Source of the DNA: an uncultured Pseudobdellovibrionaceae bacterium
GTDB taxonomy: Bacteria > Pseudomonadota > Alphaproteobacteria > Micavibrionales > Micavibrionaceae
Reading direction: 5' to 3'
Length of the DNA: 64,000 nt
Assembly: GCA_964648505.1 (NCBI GenBank)
Contig: CAZYMI010000006.1
Location: 4,223 to 68,222, forward strand
The position numbers were made by a program, and so were the translations under genes. Under the pieces are notes generated by a model. It had not been told where the DNA came from. It made no database searches and saw only the letters and a list, made by a program, of their open reading frames with translations. Positions 61,897-64,000 of the stretch are shown piece by piece (position 1 is the first letter of the stretch; each line of letters starts with the position of its first letter).

Positions 61897-62340
61897 ATGA
61901 GTATGACCCTAAAACAATTACCTATTCATTCTATAAGTGCCCTTGAAGAATTTGCAAAGCAACTTGAAGCTGTGCTCCCCGCACAGGGGATTGTTTTATT
62001 ATCGGGCGATTTAGGATCAGGAAAATCAACGCTTGCACGCGCGCTGATTAGAAGACGCGCTGATAACAATACCCTTGACGTACCAAGCCCTACCTTCACC
62101 CTTGTTCAAAACTATGAAACACCAAAAGGTACAATTAGCCATTTTGATTTATATCGCCTAAAATCATCTGACGATATTTTTGATTTAGGTTTTGAAGATG
62201 CAATTGCAGAAAACCTTGTGCTTATTGAATGGCCTGAAAAACTGGGCACTTACAGGCCTAAAAATGCAGCCTCGATAACTATACGTGGCCCTTTAAATGA
62301 TGAAGGACACAGAATTATTGAACTGGATTTGCCATGGTAA
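61897..62340 (+). CDS. tsaE: tRNA threonylcarbamoyladenosine biosynthesis ATPase TsaE
   Basis: LSGDLGSGKSTLARALI P-loop, SPTFTLV, HFDLYRL. Start moved to the ATG at 61897. Confidence 0.87.
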   Translation: MSMTLKQLPIHSISALEEFAKQLEAVLPAQGIVLLSGDLGSGKSTLARALIRRRADNNTLDVPSPTFTLVQNYETPKGTISHFDLYRLKSSDDIFDLGFEDAIAENLVLIEWPEKLGTYRPKNAASITIRGPLNDEGHRIIELDLPW

Positions 62341-63053
62341 CCGCTCTACCAAAAACAGCTTTTATTCTTGCTGCAGGTCTGGGTACACGCTTGCGCCCTA
62401 TAACCGATACACAACCCAAACCCCTTGTGTGTATTGCAGGAAAACCGATTATCGGTCACGTGCTGGATAGACTATATGAAGCTGGTATCAGCCGTGTCAT
62501 TGTCAATACACATCATCATGCAGAAAAAATGCAAGACTATCTCAGTCAAGAAAAACGTTTTGATCTGCATATATTATATGAAAGTGCAATCCTGGAAACA
62601 GGCGGGTCCCTCAAAAATGGACTTGCTCTTATCGGTGATCAACCGTTCTTTGCTATTAATGGCGATGCTTTTTGGAACGATCTGCCAAACCAAAATATAT
62701 TGCACACAATGGCCCAGCATTGGGATTGTGATAAAATGGATATTCTTCTTATGTTATATCCCTTAGGCCGTATGATCACTCCGGGTACAGGGGATTACGA
62801 TATGAAGCCAGGTGGACATCTGCTTCGTGCCCTTGATAAAAAAGGTGCCTATATGTTTGCCAGCATTAGGATCTGTCATCCAAAAATTCTACATGAAGCC
62901 CCAGAGGGAAAATTCTCGTTTCTGACACTAATGGATGAGGCGCAGAAAAAAAATAAACTTTTTGGCATTACCCATTCAGGGCGCTGGTATCATGTCAGCA
63001 CACCAGACGATTTAAACTCTATTGAAAGATTTATAGCCGATGGACAGGGCTAA
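62334..63053 (+). CDS. Sugar-1-phosphate nucleotidyltransferase (MurU-like)
   Basis: AFILAAGLGTRLRPITDTQPKPLV signature. Located between tsaE and addB, as in many alphaproteobacteria. Confidence 0.83.
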   Translation: MVTALPKTAFILAAGLGTRLRPITDTQPKPLVCIAGKPIIGHVLDRLYEAGISRVIVNTHHHAEKMQDYLSQEKRFDLHILYESAILETGGSLKNGLALIGDQPFFAINGDAFWNDLPNQNILHTMAQHWDCDKMDILLMLYPLGRMITPGTGDYDMKPGGHLLRALDKKGAYMFASIRICHPKILHEAPEGKFSFLTLMDEAQKKNKLFGITHSGRWYHVSTPDDLNSIERFIADGQG

Positions 63054-64000
63054 AATATCAACCATTCCATTTGGCATCTCTTTTCTTGATGCTTTGGCAT
63101 CAGGTATTTTGCAGCAAACGGATCGTAACCAATTTGACCTGTCTGACATCAAGATCTTACTGCCGACCAGAAGAGCGTGTCGTATTTTACGAGAACGCTT
63201 TTTAATCGTAGCAGGTGATCAGCCTTTAATTCTTCCAAGGCTCACGGCCATTGGCGATGTTGATAGCGATGAACTTGATATCTGGCTTACCGCTGAAATA
63301 GCACCCAATAGTACTGAAGAAATTCCCCCTGCTATCAATGGATTTGAACGTATTCTTCTTCTCGCTTCATTGATTGAAAAGCGGGCTGATTTTAAAAATC
63401 AGCCTGTTCGGGCTTTTGCACTGGCTCAAGATTTGGCCGCTTTAATGGACTCTGTAACAATTGAAGGTTTATCTTTCGAAAATTTACACAATATTGTTCC
63501 TTCAGAATTTGCAGAGCATTGGCAGGTGACAGTTCAATTCCTGTCAATTTTATGGCAGGAATGGCCAAAAATTCTTTCCGAACATGGGCACATTGAAGCT
63601 GCACAAAGACGCAATATGCTTCTTGACCGTCTGGCACAATACTGGCTTAGAAACCCACCACAAAATCCAATTATTATTGCAGGGGTTACGGGTACAATTC
63701 CAGCAACTAAAACCCTCATGAAATCTTTACTTGGCTGCCAGAAAGCACACATTATATTACCGGGCGTTGATCTGGATCTGGATGAAGAAAGTTGGAACGG
63801 CTTAATCGAAACACATCCTCAATTTTCATTAAAATCTTTACTCACTCATCTTGGCATTGAACGCAAAACAATTAATCTGTGGCAAGGTCAAGTTTCTACA
63901 GGGTCTCAAGCTGATCTTGTACCAGAGAGTTTAAGAAAAAAAATTAGATTGGACCGTGAAAAACTTTTTCGTGAGGTGATGCGACCAACACATACCTCTT
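63040..64000 (+). CDS. addB: Double-strand break repair protein AddB (alphaproteobacterial type), N-terminal 320 codons; continues beyond the window
   Basis: My own translation from the ATG at 63040: MDRAKISTIPFGISFLDALASGILQQTDRNQFDLSDIKILLPTRRACRILRERF... The frame stays open to position 64000. It is absent from the ORF track because there is no stop. It overlaps the preceding gene by 14 nt. Confidence 0.78.
   Translation, partial: MDRAKISTIPFGISFLDALASGILQQTDRNQFDLSDIKILLPTRRACRILRERFLIVAGDQPLILPRLTAIGDVDSDELDIWLTAEIAPNSTEEIPPAINGFERILLLASLIEKRADFKNQPVRAFALAQDLAALMDSVTIEGLSFENLHNIVPSEFAEHWQVTVQFLSILWQEWPKILSEHGHIEAAQRRNMLLDRLAQYWLRNPPQNPIIIAGVTGTIPATKTLMKSLLGCQKAHIILPGVDLDLDEESWNGLIETHPQFSLKSLLTHLGIERKTINLWQGQVSTGSQADLVPESLRKKIRLDREKLFREVMRPTHTS

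Overview
This is a 64-kb AT-leaning chromosomal segment that looks alphaproteobacterial. The supporting markers are chvI-chvG, membrane-anchored cytochrome c divergent from pheA, ihfB-lapA, accD-folC, ctaA, usg, tsaE-murU-like-addB, and groESL carrying both CIRCE and an alpha-type sigma32 promoter.

Most of the window is conserved housekeeping: aroA-cmk-rpsA, ihfB, accD-folC, chvIG-rapZ, ahcY, rpmI-rplT-pheS...pheT, pheA, ftsK-lolA-recR, gabD, tspO, ctaA, two TrxR-type ferredoxin-NADP reductases, a 2Fe-2S ferredoxin, groESL, tsaE and addB.

Accessory or unusual content:
1. A type I secretion operon (TolC-ABC-HlyD) sits with a 1924-aa non-RTX repeat adhesin. The adhesin carries a perfectly identical 1491-bp tandem duplication.
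2. A segmental duplication lies just downstream of groEL. A 362-bp perfectly identical copy of the groEL 3' end plus terminator and upstream region precedes each of two highly diverged GNAT-like paralogs. A truncated XRE-regulator remnant sits at the junction.
3. An HExxH protein and a GNAT acetyltransferase are inserted between pheS and pheT.
4. A roughly 350-nt GC-enriched, highly structured intergenic element ends in a strong intrinsic terminator with an alternative pairing partner. I could not assign it to any known RNA family.
5. A CheY-like regulator with an Arg-rich tail is translationally coupled to an Hpt-like protein that lacks the His.
6. A stand-alone oxaloacetate-decarboxylase/pyruvate-carboxylase carboxyltransferase-like protein has altered motifs and no biotin domain.
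7. There are several small-RNA or orphan-terminator candidates.

I recognised no rRNA, tRNA, CRISPR array, transposase or integrase. All functional calls come from reading motifs in the supplied translations and my own translations; no database search was run.
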